A DNA stretch of 64,000 bases from Flaccisagitta enflata. Its lineage: Eukaryota. Made by a program: the position numbers and the translations under genes. A model generated the notes under the pieces. It worked only from the letters and a program-made list of their open reading frames with translations, did not search any database and had not been told where the DNA came from. The stretch is taken from contig OZ231126.1 in the NCBI GenBank assembly GCA_965153355.1, forward strand, positions 28,520,001 through 28,584,000, written 5' to 3'. Positions 14,150 through 26,070 of this stretch are shown here, in pieces (positions within the stretch are counted from its first letter, which is position 1; each line of letters opens with the position of its first letter).

Positions 14150-15465
14150 TATCATTAATTACTTGGTAGTTTTTATGCTGTTAATTATTCACATAAAAAA
14201 CAGCCGTTAATTAACAGTATATAGGTACCAGTTAATTAACAGGGTAAAATTACCTATTTTTAACATGTCAAAAATGAAAAAAATCATTAAATAGATCAGT
14301 CATTGTTGTTAATTAACAGGTACCTATAAGAAGTTAATTAACACCAAAATTTGCTGAAAATTAACAAAGAAAAACATTTCGTTATTTCTGAGAAATTTAC
14401 TGAAAATATGTGCAAAATGTTGTTGTTAAATATCAGGTACCTATATGCAGTTAATTGACATGCTGTTTTTGATGTTAATTAACTCAACATTTCATATGTT
14501 AATTAACACAAAAAAATATGGGTATTAACAAATTATTTAAAGACATACATTTTTTTGTGTTAATTAACAGGTAAAATGTGGTATTAATTAACATCAAAAA
14601 CAGTCTGTTAATTAACAGAAAAATATAGATTATTAACAAATTGTTAAAATATACAATTTTTGTGTGTTAAACAATCATTTTTCATTAGTAATTAACAGAA
14701 ATTTTGTAATGTAAATTAATACCACATTTCACCCATAAATTATTTGTAAAAAATTATATATTTTTAACTATTTGTTTATAATCCATATTTTTTTGTGTGG
14801 ATTAACATATGAAATGTGGTGTTAATTAACATAAAAAAAAGCAACATTCAGTGATGGCATAGAGTACCTGATCAATTCATTAATGATTTGTATTTTTCTG
14901 TGTTACTTAAAACACTGTTTTGAATGTTAATTAACACCACATTTCACCCGTTAACTAACACCCAATAATTGTAGATCTTTAACGATTATTTGATTATCAA
15001 TATTCTTTGGTGTTAACGCATGAAATTTGGTGTTAGTTAACAATGATCAATTTGTTAATAATCTATATATTTTCTGTGTTAATTAACAGGCTGTTTTTGA
15101 CGTTAATTAACACCACATTTCACCCATTAATTAACACCGAAAAAGAAAAATTGTATGTCTTTAACAATTTGTTGTTATTTTATTTTTTTGTGTGTTAATT
15201 AACGGGTGAAATATGTGTTAATTAACATCATAAAAGCATATTGATCAACATCATAGAGGTACTTGATCAAATTGTTAATAATCTATAGTCTTTCTGTGTT
15301 AATTAAAACACTGTTTTTATGTTAATTAACACCATATTTCACCTTAATTAACACAAAAAAAAATTGTATATTTCTAACAATTTGTTAATAATCTATATTT
15401 TTATGTTGTTAATTAACGCATGAAATGGGGTGTTAACATAAAAATAGCATGTTAATTAACAGCAT
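14150..15465. repeat. AT-rich foldback satellite built on GTTAATTAAC
   Basis: Dozens of TTAATTAA palindromes within longer units; 14551-14640 is mirrored by about 15050-15140. Confidence 0.75.
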
Positions 15466-15892
15466 GAGTGGAGGGAAGGAGTTGGAGCAGGACCGTGAAA
15501 TTTTAACACAAAGTAGTTCAAGGTCACCTTTACCAACTCCTAAAACGGCATCGCTCAACTCGACCTAGAAGTGCCTTTTTCGAAGCGCGAAAGATCGTCC
15601 TCGACGAACCGCCGCCGCCGCCAACTTCGAACCTTCGCTACGACCGCCCTAGGCAAGCCAGGATCGTGAAAATTACAGGAAGTGTTCGTCAACACCTCAT
15701 CTACCATCCCTCCGAGTCTCGTTCCTCAACTCCTCCGGGAAGAGCCGCAACAACGCGACAAAAGTTACGGGTTCGAAGACGCCAAATTTTTACAACTCCA
15801 ATTCTTCTGATTTTATCCTCGCGCCAAATCTATGTATTCTACTCGTACATAACAACATTTCTACTAACAACATTACTCAATTCTGAGTATAG

Positions 15893-17047
15893 ATGAGTGG
15901 GCAACGCCATCATCCTCACGTCACAGACGCTGGTTTCACTCCTCAACGCCCTCGACCCAGTTCTCCAATTCCAATAGACATTGACGAGCAGTCTGAGGTC
16001 GACAGTCACATTTTCTTCTCTCCTAATCCTCAAATCACTTTGAGAGATATTGATATTCATAACGGCATCAGAAGAGAACCCTCGCCAACTGCCTTGCTTC
16101 AGTTTAATCTCCCTCCACCAGCCCCACAGCAGCAACAACAGCCTCCAATCATGGAGTTGACAGAGGAGAGATTTCGGCAGCTACAAGCCTTAGCTGAACA
16201 GCAAGCAAAACAGATCGAGGAAGGCAATGCTTTTGCCCAAAGGATGGTAAATCAGCTCCAAGATTCACAGAATCAGCTTCATGCTGCGCAACGGAACATC
16301 TCGGATCTCACAGACGCCTTCAACAACTTGTCAGCTCAACCGAGGCCTCTCACAGTCTCCACAGCCCCAAAGAAGAAGCCAGAGCTTCCTCCATTCGACG
16401 CCAAGAATGTGCTCATCTGGATCCGCAGGGTGGAAGCTGCATACAGCCGAGTGGGTGTGGTGGAGCCTAAAGACAAATTCGCATGGCTTGAATCAATGTT
16501 TCAGGTTAAGTTGGATCCTCAAATAGATTCATTTCTTTATACAAACAACAACACCCCTGAAAACTGGGCAGATTTCATCGAGTATTTGAAGCTCCAATAT
16601 GGCCCAACCATGCGTCAAAAGGCCCAAAAGCTGATGGGTGATGTACCAAGGCATGATCTGAAGCCATCCCAATTTCTCCTCCAACTGAAAGACGACGTCA
16701 AAGATGTTACGTTGGATCACATCCTCAAGGAACATGTCCTTAAATCCATCCCTCCGAGGATACGCGAGATAATGGGAAAAGAGGTTGAGAGTATGTCAGC
16801 TGAAGAAGTAGCAAAGCAAGCTGACGATTTCTTCGATCGTCAGGGACGCCCAGTGGAGAAATCTTTGGGTCAAAATAACCAAATAAACGCCATCGAATCT
16901 TCCTCCTCGTCCCTCCCTTCTAACGCCTGTCGTTGGCATCGTCGCTTCGGGGACAAAACTAGGAAGTGTTATCCTGAATGCCCTCTGTACAAGTCCTTCA
17001 GCTCTTCTCAAAAGCAGGGAAACGGACAAGGGGGCAGACGTCTGTGA
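15893..17047 (+). CDS. gag: Retrotransposon Gag (384 aa)
   Basis: Coiled coil, LPPF...W..RVEA capsid-like motif, LKPSQFL, and C-terminal [18 protein letters not shown] (CHCC type). Confidence 0.88.
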   Translation: MSGQRHHPHVTDAGFTPQRPRPSSPIPIDIDEQSEVDSHIFFSPNPQITLRDIDIHNGIRREPSPTALLQFNLPPPAPQQQQQPPIMELTEERFRQLQALAEQQAKQIEEGNAFAQRMVNQLQDSQNQLHAAQRNISDLTDAFNNLSAQPRPLTVSTAPKKKPELPPFDAKNVLIWIRRVEAAYSRVGVVEPKDKFAWLESMFQVKLDPQIDSFLYTNNNTPENWADFIEYLKLQYGPTMRQKAQKLMGDVPRHDLKPSQFLLQLKDDVKDVTLDHILKEHVLKSIPPRIREIMGKEVESMSAEEVAKQADDFFDRQGRPVEKSLGQNNQINAIESSSSSLPSNACRWHRRFGDKTRKCYPECPLYKSFSSSQKQGNGQGGRRL

Positions 17048-20000
17048 ACGCGGCCACCCCCTCCTCCTCATCAAACGTTCACAATGATCTTTTATATGTC
17101 CATGATGAAACCACCAAGCAAAAATGGTTAATTGACGGAGGCGCTGTCCTCTCTATTATGCCTCCTACTCTCGCACAACGTCTTCAAGGCCACTCAAACC
17201 TTCAACTCCAGGCAGCAAATGGTTCCCGGATAAAATGTTATGGGGTAAGGCAAATGCCCATTCACCTCCCTGGTCGTCGTCTCTCATTCCCAGTCACCAT
17301 CGCTGATGTGAAGCAGCCCATCCTAGGAGCTGACTTTTTGGCCAAAAATTATTTGGCCCCCAACCACAGGGATGGCACTCTCATAGACTTAAAGGATATG
17401 TCGACGATAAAGGTGGATTTTGAGGAAAAAGATCAACCCATCCGAGTAAATCATGTTGCCCACGCCACCAACCCTTACTACAAACTTCTCGACAACAAAT
17501 TTCCGGAGCTCTCCAATCCTTCCTTCAGAGTCAAAGAAGTAGATCATGGGGTATACCATTATATCCCCACGGAAGGACCCCCAGTTCAAGCAAGGGCCCG
17601 TAAGTTGGATCCAGAGAAGCTGGCCGTCGCCAAGGCGGAAATTGACAAGTTGGTGGAGCTGGGAGTTTGTGAAAGAGGGAAGAGCGATTGGTCTTCACCA
17701 CTACTCGTCACGACTAAACCCTGCAACTCCCCCTGCACCTGTGAAACTCAAAAGCCATGTGGAGGGTGGAGAGTGTGTGGGGATTATCGTCGTCTCAATA
17801 ACCTCACCACTGACGACAGATACCCCGTGCGAAATCTACAGGATTTTAACTCTGATCTCCGAGGAAAGAAAATCTTTAGCAAAGTTGATTTGCTTAAGGG
17901 GTATCACCAAATCCCTGTGAACCCCAGCGACGTCAAAAAGACGGCAGTGATTACGCCATTTGGTTTATTTTTATTTCCTCGATGCCCATTTGGACTGAAG
18001 AACGCTGGGCAAGACTTTCAGCGCCTAATGGACAAAATCTTAGGTGAAATTCCCCACGTCTTCGTCTATTTAGACGACATTTTGATAGCGTCGTCATCCC
18101 AGGAAGAGCATCTTCAGGACCTGGAAACTGTCTTCAAGATACTCGAAGAGAATGGCCTAGTCGTCAACAGGAAGAAGTGTGTGTTGGGTGAAAGCACCAT
18201 CGAATTTCTGGGACACATCTGCGACGCCCACGGCATCAAACCTTTACCATGCAAGGTGGAAGCAATTCGCAAAGTAAAACCACCCACAACCATCAAAGAG
18301 TTACAAAGGTTCCTGGGTATGATAAATTACTATCGCAGATTTATCAAAGCAGCCGCCCACCACCTCTACCACCTCTTCGAAGCTTTGGGGTCCAAACCCA
18401 AACGCCTGCTATGGTCTCCGGAGATGCAAGCATCATTTGACGCCATCAAAGAAGCTCTTGCAGCTGCAACCATGCTCCACCACCCTGACCCCACTCTGCC
18501 TCTCGCCCTCACTACAGACGCCTCTGACGTCGCGATTGGCGCAGTTATCGAACAGAGGGGCCCAAATGGATGGGAGCCATTGGCCTTTTTCTCGAAAAAG
18601 CTCAGTGACAGCCAGCAGAAATGGTCACCGTACGACAGAGAGCTTCATGCTGTCCACAAAGGCGTCCGTCATTTCAAGCATATGCTTGAAGGAAGATCTT
18701 TTACCATCTACACGGACCATCAAAGTTTAGTGCCTTCAATGGCCAAAAAGACGGATGCTCAAACGGCCCGTCAGTCAAATCAACTCTCCGAGATCTCAGA
18801 GTACAGCACTGACATCCGTTACCTTGAAGGTAAAAGCAACGTGGTTGCAGACGCGTTGTCAAGGCCCAACGGAAAACTTGATCCACCCACAGTCTCAAAC
18901 GTCTCCCAACTTTATTCTGAGATGCCTGAACATGTTTTCCGCCAAGACATCAGCAGGATGCGAGAAGCTGGAACACTTGGAGTGTATCAAGTCAACTATG
19001 AAGAAGATGACGATGACACCGAACCAGAAGTGGAGGAATACAATCCCATGGATGATGAGGATGAAGAAGAAGATCTCGACACAGAAGCAGATGCAAATAT
19101 CTTCGACGAAATGGAACAACGTTTCAACAGGCTCAAAGCTTGTGCATCTCAAACAAAACCCTCAGGGGCTCTTCCTCCGTCGCCTTCTTCAACAACTGCT
19201 TCCTCTGCACCTTCGTCAACTCCCTCAAGGGCTCTTCCTCCGCCTCATTCTTCAACAACTGCTTCCTCTGCATTTTCGTCAACTCCCTCAGTGGCTCTTC
19301 CTCCGCCTCCTTCTTCTAACTCAGCTTCCTCAGCAACCTCATCAAAATCAACATCGTCAACAAAGGCAAAGCATGTCTCCTTCGCCCCAACGATCTCCTC
19401 GGTCTCTCATCCTCAACAGCTTCCTCAGCAACACACTGAAGACCAGCTGCAGCATCACGACTCTCAAGCAAAGAAACAAATCGAATCTATGCCTGATCTC
19501 AAACGCTTCTTTGAGCCCAAATCCAATGAAGCAACCTCTTCCTCACCAGCCATTCCAAAAGGGTACAAACCAGTCCCGGAAGAGAAGCTTGAAGACCTGC
19601 AGCTCCTCGTCAACTCTGTCAATCATTACTCGATAGATTTAGAGGACATGGCCAGACAACAAGCCCTGGACCCAGAGCTGAGGCAGTTGCGTCGAGAAGC
19701 CCAAACTGGTTTGAGTTTCAGAAAAGTTCAAGTAGGCACCACATACCTTTTTGTGGATGTATCTAATGGACCAGCTCGCCCGTTTGTTCCTCTTTCATAC
19801 AGAAGAAGAATCTTTGATGTAGTCCATGGTTTAGGACACCCGGGGGTCGAAAGGACCAGACAGTCAATAACAGACAAATTCGTCTGGCCCAACATCAAAC
19901 AAGACGTCTGTAAGTGGGCCAGGGAGTGCATCCCATGCCAACAGGCCAAAATTCAAAAGCATGTGGTGCCCCCCATCGCTGACTTCACTGTGCCTCCAAA

Positions 20001-21501
20001 AAGGTTCCAACATTTGCATTTGGATCTAGTATCCATGCCACCATCGAATGGATTCAACCATCTATTAACTATTGTTGATAGATTCTCTCGATGGCCAGCT
20101 GCCATTCCTATCGCAGACATAAATGCAGAGACAGTGATCGACTCTCTCACCCATGGGTGGATTTCAACATATGGCGTACCCGAAATAATCACTACAGACA
20201 GAGGAAGCCAGTTCTCTTCGCAAATCTTTACACAATTACTCAAGAATTGGGGCATACGCCACATTATGACCACGGCATACCACCCGGAAGCAAATGGTAT
20301 GGTGGAGAGGCTCCACAGACGCCTCAAGGAGAGCTTAATCGCCTTGGGGGATGGTGAAAGATTACAGTGGTTCTGGAAACTTCCAATGGCCTTACTCGCA
20401 ATAAGAACCACCATCAAACCAGACATTGGAGCATCTCCTTCAGAGTTGGTGTTTGGAGAAGGCATCACCGTTCCGGGGCAGCTCATTGGCCCTCCAAATC
20501 TCACCGAAGAGGAGCTCATTAGAGCTCAAAGATCAACTCTGAGCAGCCTTCGAGTAGAAGTGGAAAGATTACAGCCCACTCCAACATCCGCCCATAGGAA
20601 TCCTCGCATCAATATCCCAGATGAACTTTCCACAGCAACACATGTGCTAGTAAGAAAAGGGGTCCAACCATCTTTAACTGCACCCTACGAAGGCCCTTAC
20701 AAAGTGATTGCAAGAACGCCTACAGGATTCAGATTGCAATTTCCTGGCAGAGGAACCGACATCGTCGCCCTCTCTCGCTTAAAACCAGCTCTAACAGCAC
20801 GTGACGACGAACGTGATGAGGAGAATGATGATGAAATAACGCCTCCATCACCTCCTCCTCCTGGCCGTCCTCCTGGCATCAGGACTCGCCATCCGGCTCC
20901 AACTACACGACAGACGCGCAGCACCACGCAGCAGCAGCAGCAGCAGCCTCGTCAACAGTCGCAGCAGCAGCAGCAGCAGCAGCAGCGTCACCCTCAGCCT
21001 TCGACAGCCAGTGAGCCCAACAGCAGCTCGCAATCCTCGCAAGTCCCGTGCTCCAGCCGAGATGTACCAGGGGAGCCACTTCCGGACTCTCCTCCTCTTC
21101 CTCCTCCTTCGAGGCGCTCGAGACGTCGACGAGATCCGTCCCCAGAGACAGTTGATCCAACCGGAAGGGTGAACATCCCGGACGATCCCAATCTCTCCAT
21201 CTGCCCTGATCCTGTGGGCGAAGGAATCCTGGCAGACGCTTTTCCTCATCTTCCTGGTCCAATCAATCGAGATCCAAGAGACACTGACCAGCCTCTTCTT
21301 CCTCCTCCTCCTTCAAACCCCACTTCAGCCAGTGACAATGTGCAAGGGGGCGCCAATCCCACACCAACCGGAAATAACGCGCAAGGGGGCGCAGGACGAC
21401 GTAAGGTACTGTCCTTTTCCAACCCTAAAAAGGGAAACTTCTCTTATCGTCGTCGAAGACCAGATGTGTCTGCCTTAAGGAAAATTCTCAGTGACCTGTA
21501 G
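16978..21501 (+). CDS. pol: Retrotransposon Pol (protease, RT, RNase H, integrase), in the -1 frame relative to gag
   Basis: LIDGGA and ILGADFL (PR); [19 protein letters not shown] (RT); [17 protein letters not shown] (RH); HGLGHPG...CIPC, HLD, TDRG, MVER and GPY (IN). Uninterrupted 1507 codons. Confidence 0.95.
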   Translation: MPSVQVLQLFSKAGKRTRGQTSVNAATPSSSSNVHNDLLYVHDETTKQKWLIDGGAVLSIMPPTLAQRLQGHSNLQLQAANGSRIKCYGVRQMPIHLPGRRLSFPVTIADVKQPILGADFLAKNYLAPNHRDGTLIDLKDMSTIKVDFEEKDQPIRVNHVAHATNPYYKLLDNKFPELSNPSFRVKEVDHGVYHYIPTEGPPVQARARKLDPEKLAVAKAEIDKLVELGVCERGKSDWSSPLLVTTKPCNSPCTCETQKPCGGWRVCGDYRRLNNLTTDDRYPVRNLQDFNSDLRGKKIFSKVDLLKGYHQIPVNPSDVKKTAVITPFGLFLFPRCPFGLKNAGQDFQRLMDKILGEIPHVFVYLDDILIASSSQEEHLQDLETVFKILEENGLVVNRKKCVLGESTIEFLGHICDAHGIKPLPCKVEAIRKVKPPTTIKELQRFLGMINYYRRFIKAAAHHLYHLFEALGSKPKRLLWSPEMQASFDAIKEALAAATMLHHPDPTLPLALTTDASDVAIGAVIEQRGPNGWEPLAFFSKKLSDSQQKWSPYDRELHAVHKGVRHFKHMLEGRSFTIYTDHQSLVPSMAKKTDAQTARQSNQLSEISEYSTDIRYLEGKSNVVADALSRPNGKLDPPTVSNVSQLYSEMPEHVFRQDISRMREAGTLGVYQVNYEEDDDDTEPEVEEYNPMDDEDEEEDLDTEADANIFDEMEQRFNRLKACASQTKPSGALPPSPSSTTASSAPSSTPSRALPPPHSSTTASSAFSSTPSVALPPPPSSNSASSATSSKSTSSTKAKHVSFAPTISSVSHPQQLPQQHTEDQLQHHDSQAKKQIESMPDLKRFFEPKSNEATSSSPAIPKGYKPVPEEKLEDLQLLVNSVNHYSIDLEDMARQQALDPELRQLRREAQTGLSFRKVQVGTTYLFVDVSNGPARPFVPLSYRRRIFDVVHGLGHPGVERTRQSITDKFVWPNIKQDVCKWARECIPCQQAKIQKHVVPPIADFTVPPKRFQHLHLDLVSMPPSNGFNHLLTIVDRFSRWPAAIPIADINAETVIDSLTHGWISTYGVPEIITTDRGSQFSSQIFTQLLKNWGIRHIMTTAYHPEANGMVERLHRRLKESLIALGDGERLQWFWKLPMALLAIRTTIKPDIGASPSELVFGEGITVPGQLIGPPNLTEEELIRAQRSTLSSLRVEVERLQPTPTSAHRNPRINIPDELSTATHVLVRKGVQPSLTAPYEGPYKVIARTPTGFRLQFPGRGTDIVALSRLKPALTARDDERDEENDDEITPPSPPPPGRPPGIRTRHPAPTTRQTRSTTQQQQQQPRQQSQQQQQQQQRHPQPSTASEPNSSSQSSQVPCSSRDVPGEPLPDSPPLPPPSRRSRRRRDPSPETVDPTGRVNIPDDPNLSICPDPVGEGILADAFPHLPGPINRDPRDTDQPLLPPPPSNPTSASDNVQGGANPTPTGNNAQGGAGRRKVLSFSNPKKGNFSYRRRRPDVSALRKILSDL
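17017..17062 (+). promoter_or_regulatory. -1 ribosomal frameshift signal
   Basis: G GGA AAC heptamer in the gag frame (17017-17023), a short spacer, then a GGGGG...CCCCC stem-loop; pol is -1 to gag. Confidence 0.75.
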
Positions 21502-22530
21502 TTTACTTCATTTACATATTGTTGTAGCTCTCTTAACTCATATAATTTTTATCGTTCGCGTGTATATATATCTTTATATAATTCGTCGAGTGGTCAGGGC
21601 ACTATAAACCTGTTTAAACTTCTTTTTCACTTGTGTAGTGTCGCAGAGGACGCAACCTCTATAAAAAAAGTTTACTCTCCTCATTTACGTGTCCACTCAC
21701 GTCGTTTGTAGCCTGTTTCCGTCCCTTGTCACCTCCGTACACAGTCTAGGGGGCGTGTAGCTCTCGTTAGGTTTAGCAACATTATATACTATAACCGTAA
21801 CTCAAACTTTTGTTTGCGTATCTCTTACCGTGTCCATCTCTCTTCATTTGCATACTGTCGCCTATATTACCTTGACTTTGCTTTAGGGGTTGAGACCTAA
21901 GATGGAGGGGCTAATGTATCTGACTTGTCCCTGACCTAGAGTAGTATCTGGCCTATCCAGTCCTACTTCCCTTTTTGATTAGCCCCCACTCGTTTGGCGT
22001 CCATGGCCGTTTAACCCATGGGCTCATTTGCATATTGTGTCAACATATTATTCCATCATCTGCGTTTCATCATTCTCTATCCTATGGTGCAAGTCCCATG
22101 CCCATAGTCTCAACCATTCATGAGTTATGCCATTTTTAGTGTATAGCTCATTAGCATATTGTGGTCTCATAATTATGTCAAGTCATATGTGTCTTATATT
22201 TGGGCAGGCATACCCTATCCATTCCTGCCCTCAGTTTTGCCCTAAACCCAGCCGTTTAGAAGTTAGCCCACCGATGGACTTTAGTGCAAAAAGAAATCTG
22301 TTACATTGTATTACTTTTCCTAGGCGAGCAGTACCATTGGTGGTGGCTCTCATCCGGATATGGCCTGTTGCATATTGTGGCGCTGCTAATGAGCATCCTC
22401 ATATCTTTAGAGAACTCATAGCTTCTCCTAACCATACTCTAAAATAAGGGGATGAGTTTTCACCCCCATACATAGTCTCACTATCCTGATGGCCGATCCA
22501 GGTCTGTTTTTATAGAGGTGATCACCCTCT

Positions 22531-22602
22531 GTAACCCCCTGGATTCGATCCTGGGACCTTTGGATTCCAAGCTCAATCCCTTACCGGTTGCGCCACGGCG
22601 GC
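22531..22602 (-). pseudogene. Degenerate tRNA-like sequence (possible SINE head; TGG anticodon-like loop)
   Basis: GCCGCCGTGGCGCAACCGGTAAG...CTTGGAA...CCCAGGATCGAATCCAGGG has A-box and B-box-like motifs, but the acceptor stem does not pair. Confidence 0.5.
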
Positions 22603-23518
22603 TACATGGATTGAGCTACCAAAGCTTCAGGTGGTTCTTTTCCCCTTTGTTTTACAATCTGTTTTCCTCTGTGTTTTGCTAAGTATGAGTGATTACATAC
22701 TGTGCCCATACTTAGACTCGTCTGATCACTATGATTTTTGGCACACATGTAGATTAGCCTTAGAGAAAATGATTGGCGTTTTTGGTTTATTCATTTTCGG
22801 CCAGGCTTAGTGACCCTGCCCAAATAATCTCTTTGTGATTTATCTCTATCTCTTACTTTCGCCTAATTAGTGTATTCAGGCCTTTTGCTTACTCTTACTT
22901 TAAAAGAAGGATTTGCCTTCTTCACTTTTGAGTTAGAGTGTTCATTTGTCATCAGGTCAGGTGACCTCCCTTCGTCCCCTCCGTGGTCACATGACCTTTT
23001 TAAGATGGCTGCCGCCATGGCAGGCAGCATGGCCAGATTGTTGACCTTAGGAATTAATTTCATTCATTCTGGTTCTGATTTTTTGGCTACAAAGCCAAGT
23101 AGTTCTCGCCTCCTGTTTATTATTGCTTTGAATAAAAGGCTAAGGCCTTGTGCTTTTATTTGTGTGTTTTTAATGCATGGGTGAATAAACCCCAGCATCT
23201 TAAAGTACCCTACGGGTACCCATGGACTTGAGGCCCCTGCCTCTGACCCTGTCCATGGACTGCAATCAAGCTATTACATTGTAAAGACTTGTTCTGTGAC
23301 TAAAGATAGAAAAGACTTGTGTTTCGTTTCGATTGGCTTTATGGAGTCAAGCCACACTTTCGTCACAGCTACAGGGGTAGGGTTAGGTTCAGGGATAGGC
23401 TTAGAGATCAGGTTAGGGTTAGGGTTAGGGCTAGTGTTAGGTTTACTCGCCGATTGAAAGTTTGCTCTGGTGGAATTTTTGGGAAATTCAAGTGCGATAC
23501 TTCATCTACAAAATGACC

Positions 23519-24188
23519 GTCTCTTTTTGTGATGCTGATGTTAAAGCAAGCCATGTCTACCTCCACAAAGCATCAGAGGTCTCTTTTTGTGATGCTTATA
23601 TTAAGCCAAGCCATGTCTACCTCCAAAGTGTCAGATGTCTCTTTTTGTGGTGCTGATGTTTAGCCAAGCCATGTCTACCTCCAAAGTGTCAGAGGTTTTT
23701 TTTTTGTGATGCTGATGTCAAGCCAAGCCATGTGTACCTCCGCAAAGTGTCAGAGGTCTCTTTTTGTGATGCTGATGTTAAGCCAAGCCATGTCTACCCC
23801 CACAAGGTGTCAGGGGTCTCTTTTTGTGATGCTGATGTTAAGCCAAGCCATGTCTACCCCCACAAGGTGTCAGGGGTCTCTTTTTGTGGTGCTAATGTTA
23901 AGCCAAGCCATGTTTACCTCCACAAAGTGTCAAAAGTCTCTTTTTGTGATGCTGATGTTAAGCCAAGCCATGTTTACCTCCACAGAGTGTCAGAGGTCTC
24001 TTTTTGTGACGCTGATGTTAAGTCAAGTCATGTCTACCTCCACAAAGTGTCAGAGGCCTCTTTTCGTGATGCTGATGTTAAGCCAAGTCATGTTTACCTC
24101 AATGAAGCGTCGATGGTCTCTTTTAGTGATGCTGATGTTAAGCCAAGCCATGTCTACCTCCACAAAGTGTCAGAGGTCTCTTTTTGTA
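23519..24188. repeat. 60-bp minisatellite, about 11 units
   Basis: Unit GTCTCTTTTTGTGATGCTGATGTTAAGCCAAGCCATGTCTACCTCCACAAAGTGTCAGAG. Confidence 0.95.
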
Positions 24189-24468
24189 ACGACGTCTGGA
24201 ACTCGAGAGACTATCCAGATTAAAAGATGAGCAGATGGGATTTCTGACGACCTTGAGAAGGAAAAAGGAAATGGAGCGAACAAAAGAACGAGGGGGCCAT
24301 TGTTCAAAGTTGAAATGGCCGCTTCACCGGAATATGTTCACCAAACCAGTTCGCAGTAACATAGGCAATGATAGAAGAAGGAGAAGAAGATTAACACAGT
24401 TACATGAAAACTTTTATTGAGGTAGATAACTCATAAACCTAAAACGAATGCTTTTAAACTATCCGGGA

Positions 24469-24501
<33 letters not shown>

Positions 24502-24728
24502 GGGCTCTTTTCTTTTGGCGTCTTTTCTTTTGCTGGACTTTCAAAGGTCCGTTATTATTGCTTTGTTTCTTTTGCAATTTTCTTGTTGCTTTCGGCGACT
24601 CCGCTTTCATTTCATTCTTCAATCAAGAATCATGAACCAGGATTTTCCTGACTTTCTAGCCGTTTTTTATCGTCTGTTGAATTTCTTTGGAAAGGTGTTG
24701 GTGACAAATTGTCACTGACAATAATTAA

Positions 24729-25476
24729 CGGGTGTTCGAAAAAGGAATGACTCTGTATCGAGAGCAGCTAGAAATGTGTCTTAATCTGTGTTTCCAGAGT
24801 ATAATTTTAAAAGATCTTTGCATTAGCTGGTGTCTTAGTGGTCCTTTTCAAAGCTTTAAGAGGAGCATTTGATAGAAAAACAGCTTTTTTTGCCTGGTTT
24901 TTGCTGAAAGCTTTATTTGGGGAAGTTTTTTACCTCGATTTACTACTCGACTAAAAAAAAGATAAGAAAAACAAATGATTTGAACATTTTTTTGTTAAAA
25001 TGATTTGAAAAATTTTTAAATTTTCTTTCATTCTAGACCAATCTCAAATCTGTATCTCAAACGGTTTAGGAGCTAGAGCTTGTCAAAGTTATCTTCTAAT
25101 TTGTAAAAATGCTCATTTTTCAATGGGATTACAAACTGAAAATGGTAATGTTTTTACTCATTCTTATGCCATTTCTGAACGAATAAAGCTAGAATTTCTA
25201 GATTGGAGCCAAATAAAAGATCTTTTCAAGAGCTTTTTAACGGTTTAAGATTTTAATTAGTTATTTTGAAATTCAGTATGACAATCTGCCATTTAAAAGT
25301 GCGGCTTTTTTATGAGTCAAGTAGTACATGAAAATCTTTAGTGAAAAAACAAAAAATCATATACCAAAATGTAATACAAAACAACCTCTATTAAATAGTA
25401 CCTTGTTTGCGTCTCTATGTGCTCTATAGTAGGTGTATTCAACGGAAAACCTCTACAATTTTTTTTCGAACACCCG
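24729..25476. mobile_element. Non-autonomous TIR element (CGGGTGTTCGAAAAA termini)
   Basis: CGGGTGTTCGAAAAA ... TTTTTCGAACACCCG; a related partial copy lies at about 44400-44788. Confidence 0.65.
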
Positions 25477-25919
25477 ATAAGATGCGGTGACATGGCAGTG
25501 ACTATATCAGACACTTACACTATAGGCATTAGGCAGTGGGGTCACATTCATGGCGAATACAATGAGAGCAACGTATTTAACACGAGCAATGACAGCGCCG
25601 TCAATATCATCAATGACGTTGGTGGTTTTGGCGTCAATTGCGGAATCGATGAGTGTAGTGGTGATTGTTGCATCGTCAAAGACGGACAGCGACGGATATG
25701 GTGTGGCTGTAGATGATGCTACGGCCTACGGGGGTTGTTATGGCAGACTGGCATTGGAAAGCCTCGGCGTTGACATTATTGCTACCGGTTTAGAGAAAAA
25801 GGAGGCCGTAAATTGTTTCCCTCATCGTCATAGATGGTCCCTGAATGAAAGACGACAACATTCATTTAACGAGGAAAAGAGGTGACAACGACTGGCGGGA
25901 GAGAAGAAGAAGATGGAGG

Positions 25920-26070
25920 AACAAGGCCGGAAACACGGCCGGAAACACGGCAATCCAGTCGCGGACAGTTGGGCAGGAGCAGTAATGTGAAAACCGCTCA
26001 GAATTCAAAAATGTGACGGACGGACGGATCTATCGACCTACCTACCGACCGACACGGCAAGGTGTAGAGA
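25920..26070 (-). mobile_element. HINE/DINE-like element, truncated
   Basis: AACAAGGCCGGAAACACGGC...CAGTCGCGGAC...(GACG)n; reverse complement resembles 29912-30062. Confidence 0.6.

Larger units (their letters stand above)
15480..21890 (+). mobile_element. Ty3/Gypsy LTR retrotransposon, CsRn1-like clade; 5' LTR not found, both boundaries approximate
   Basis: gag plus pol in PR-RT-RH-IN order; CHCC Gag motif; PPT-like AGGGGGCG at 21748-21755 followed by TGTAG (3' LTR start at 21756). Confidence 0.88.

Noticed and set aside
18755-19636. 293-aa alternative-frame ORF and antisense ORFs within pol
   Set aside because: They overlap a low-complexity repeat region, show no recognisable motif and are explained by codon bias.
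22531-22602. Functional tRNA-Pro gene
   Set aside because: The acceptor stem does not pair and the anticodon and T stems have mismatches.
23374-23444. Telomere (TTAGGG)n
   Set aside because: Only about three perfect units in a short degenerate internal patch; more like a transposon-associated motif.
23706-24230. 163-174 aa repeat ORFs on the + strand
   Set aside because: They follow from a 60-bp unit lacking stops; no domain or start context.
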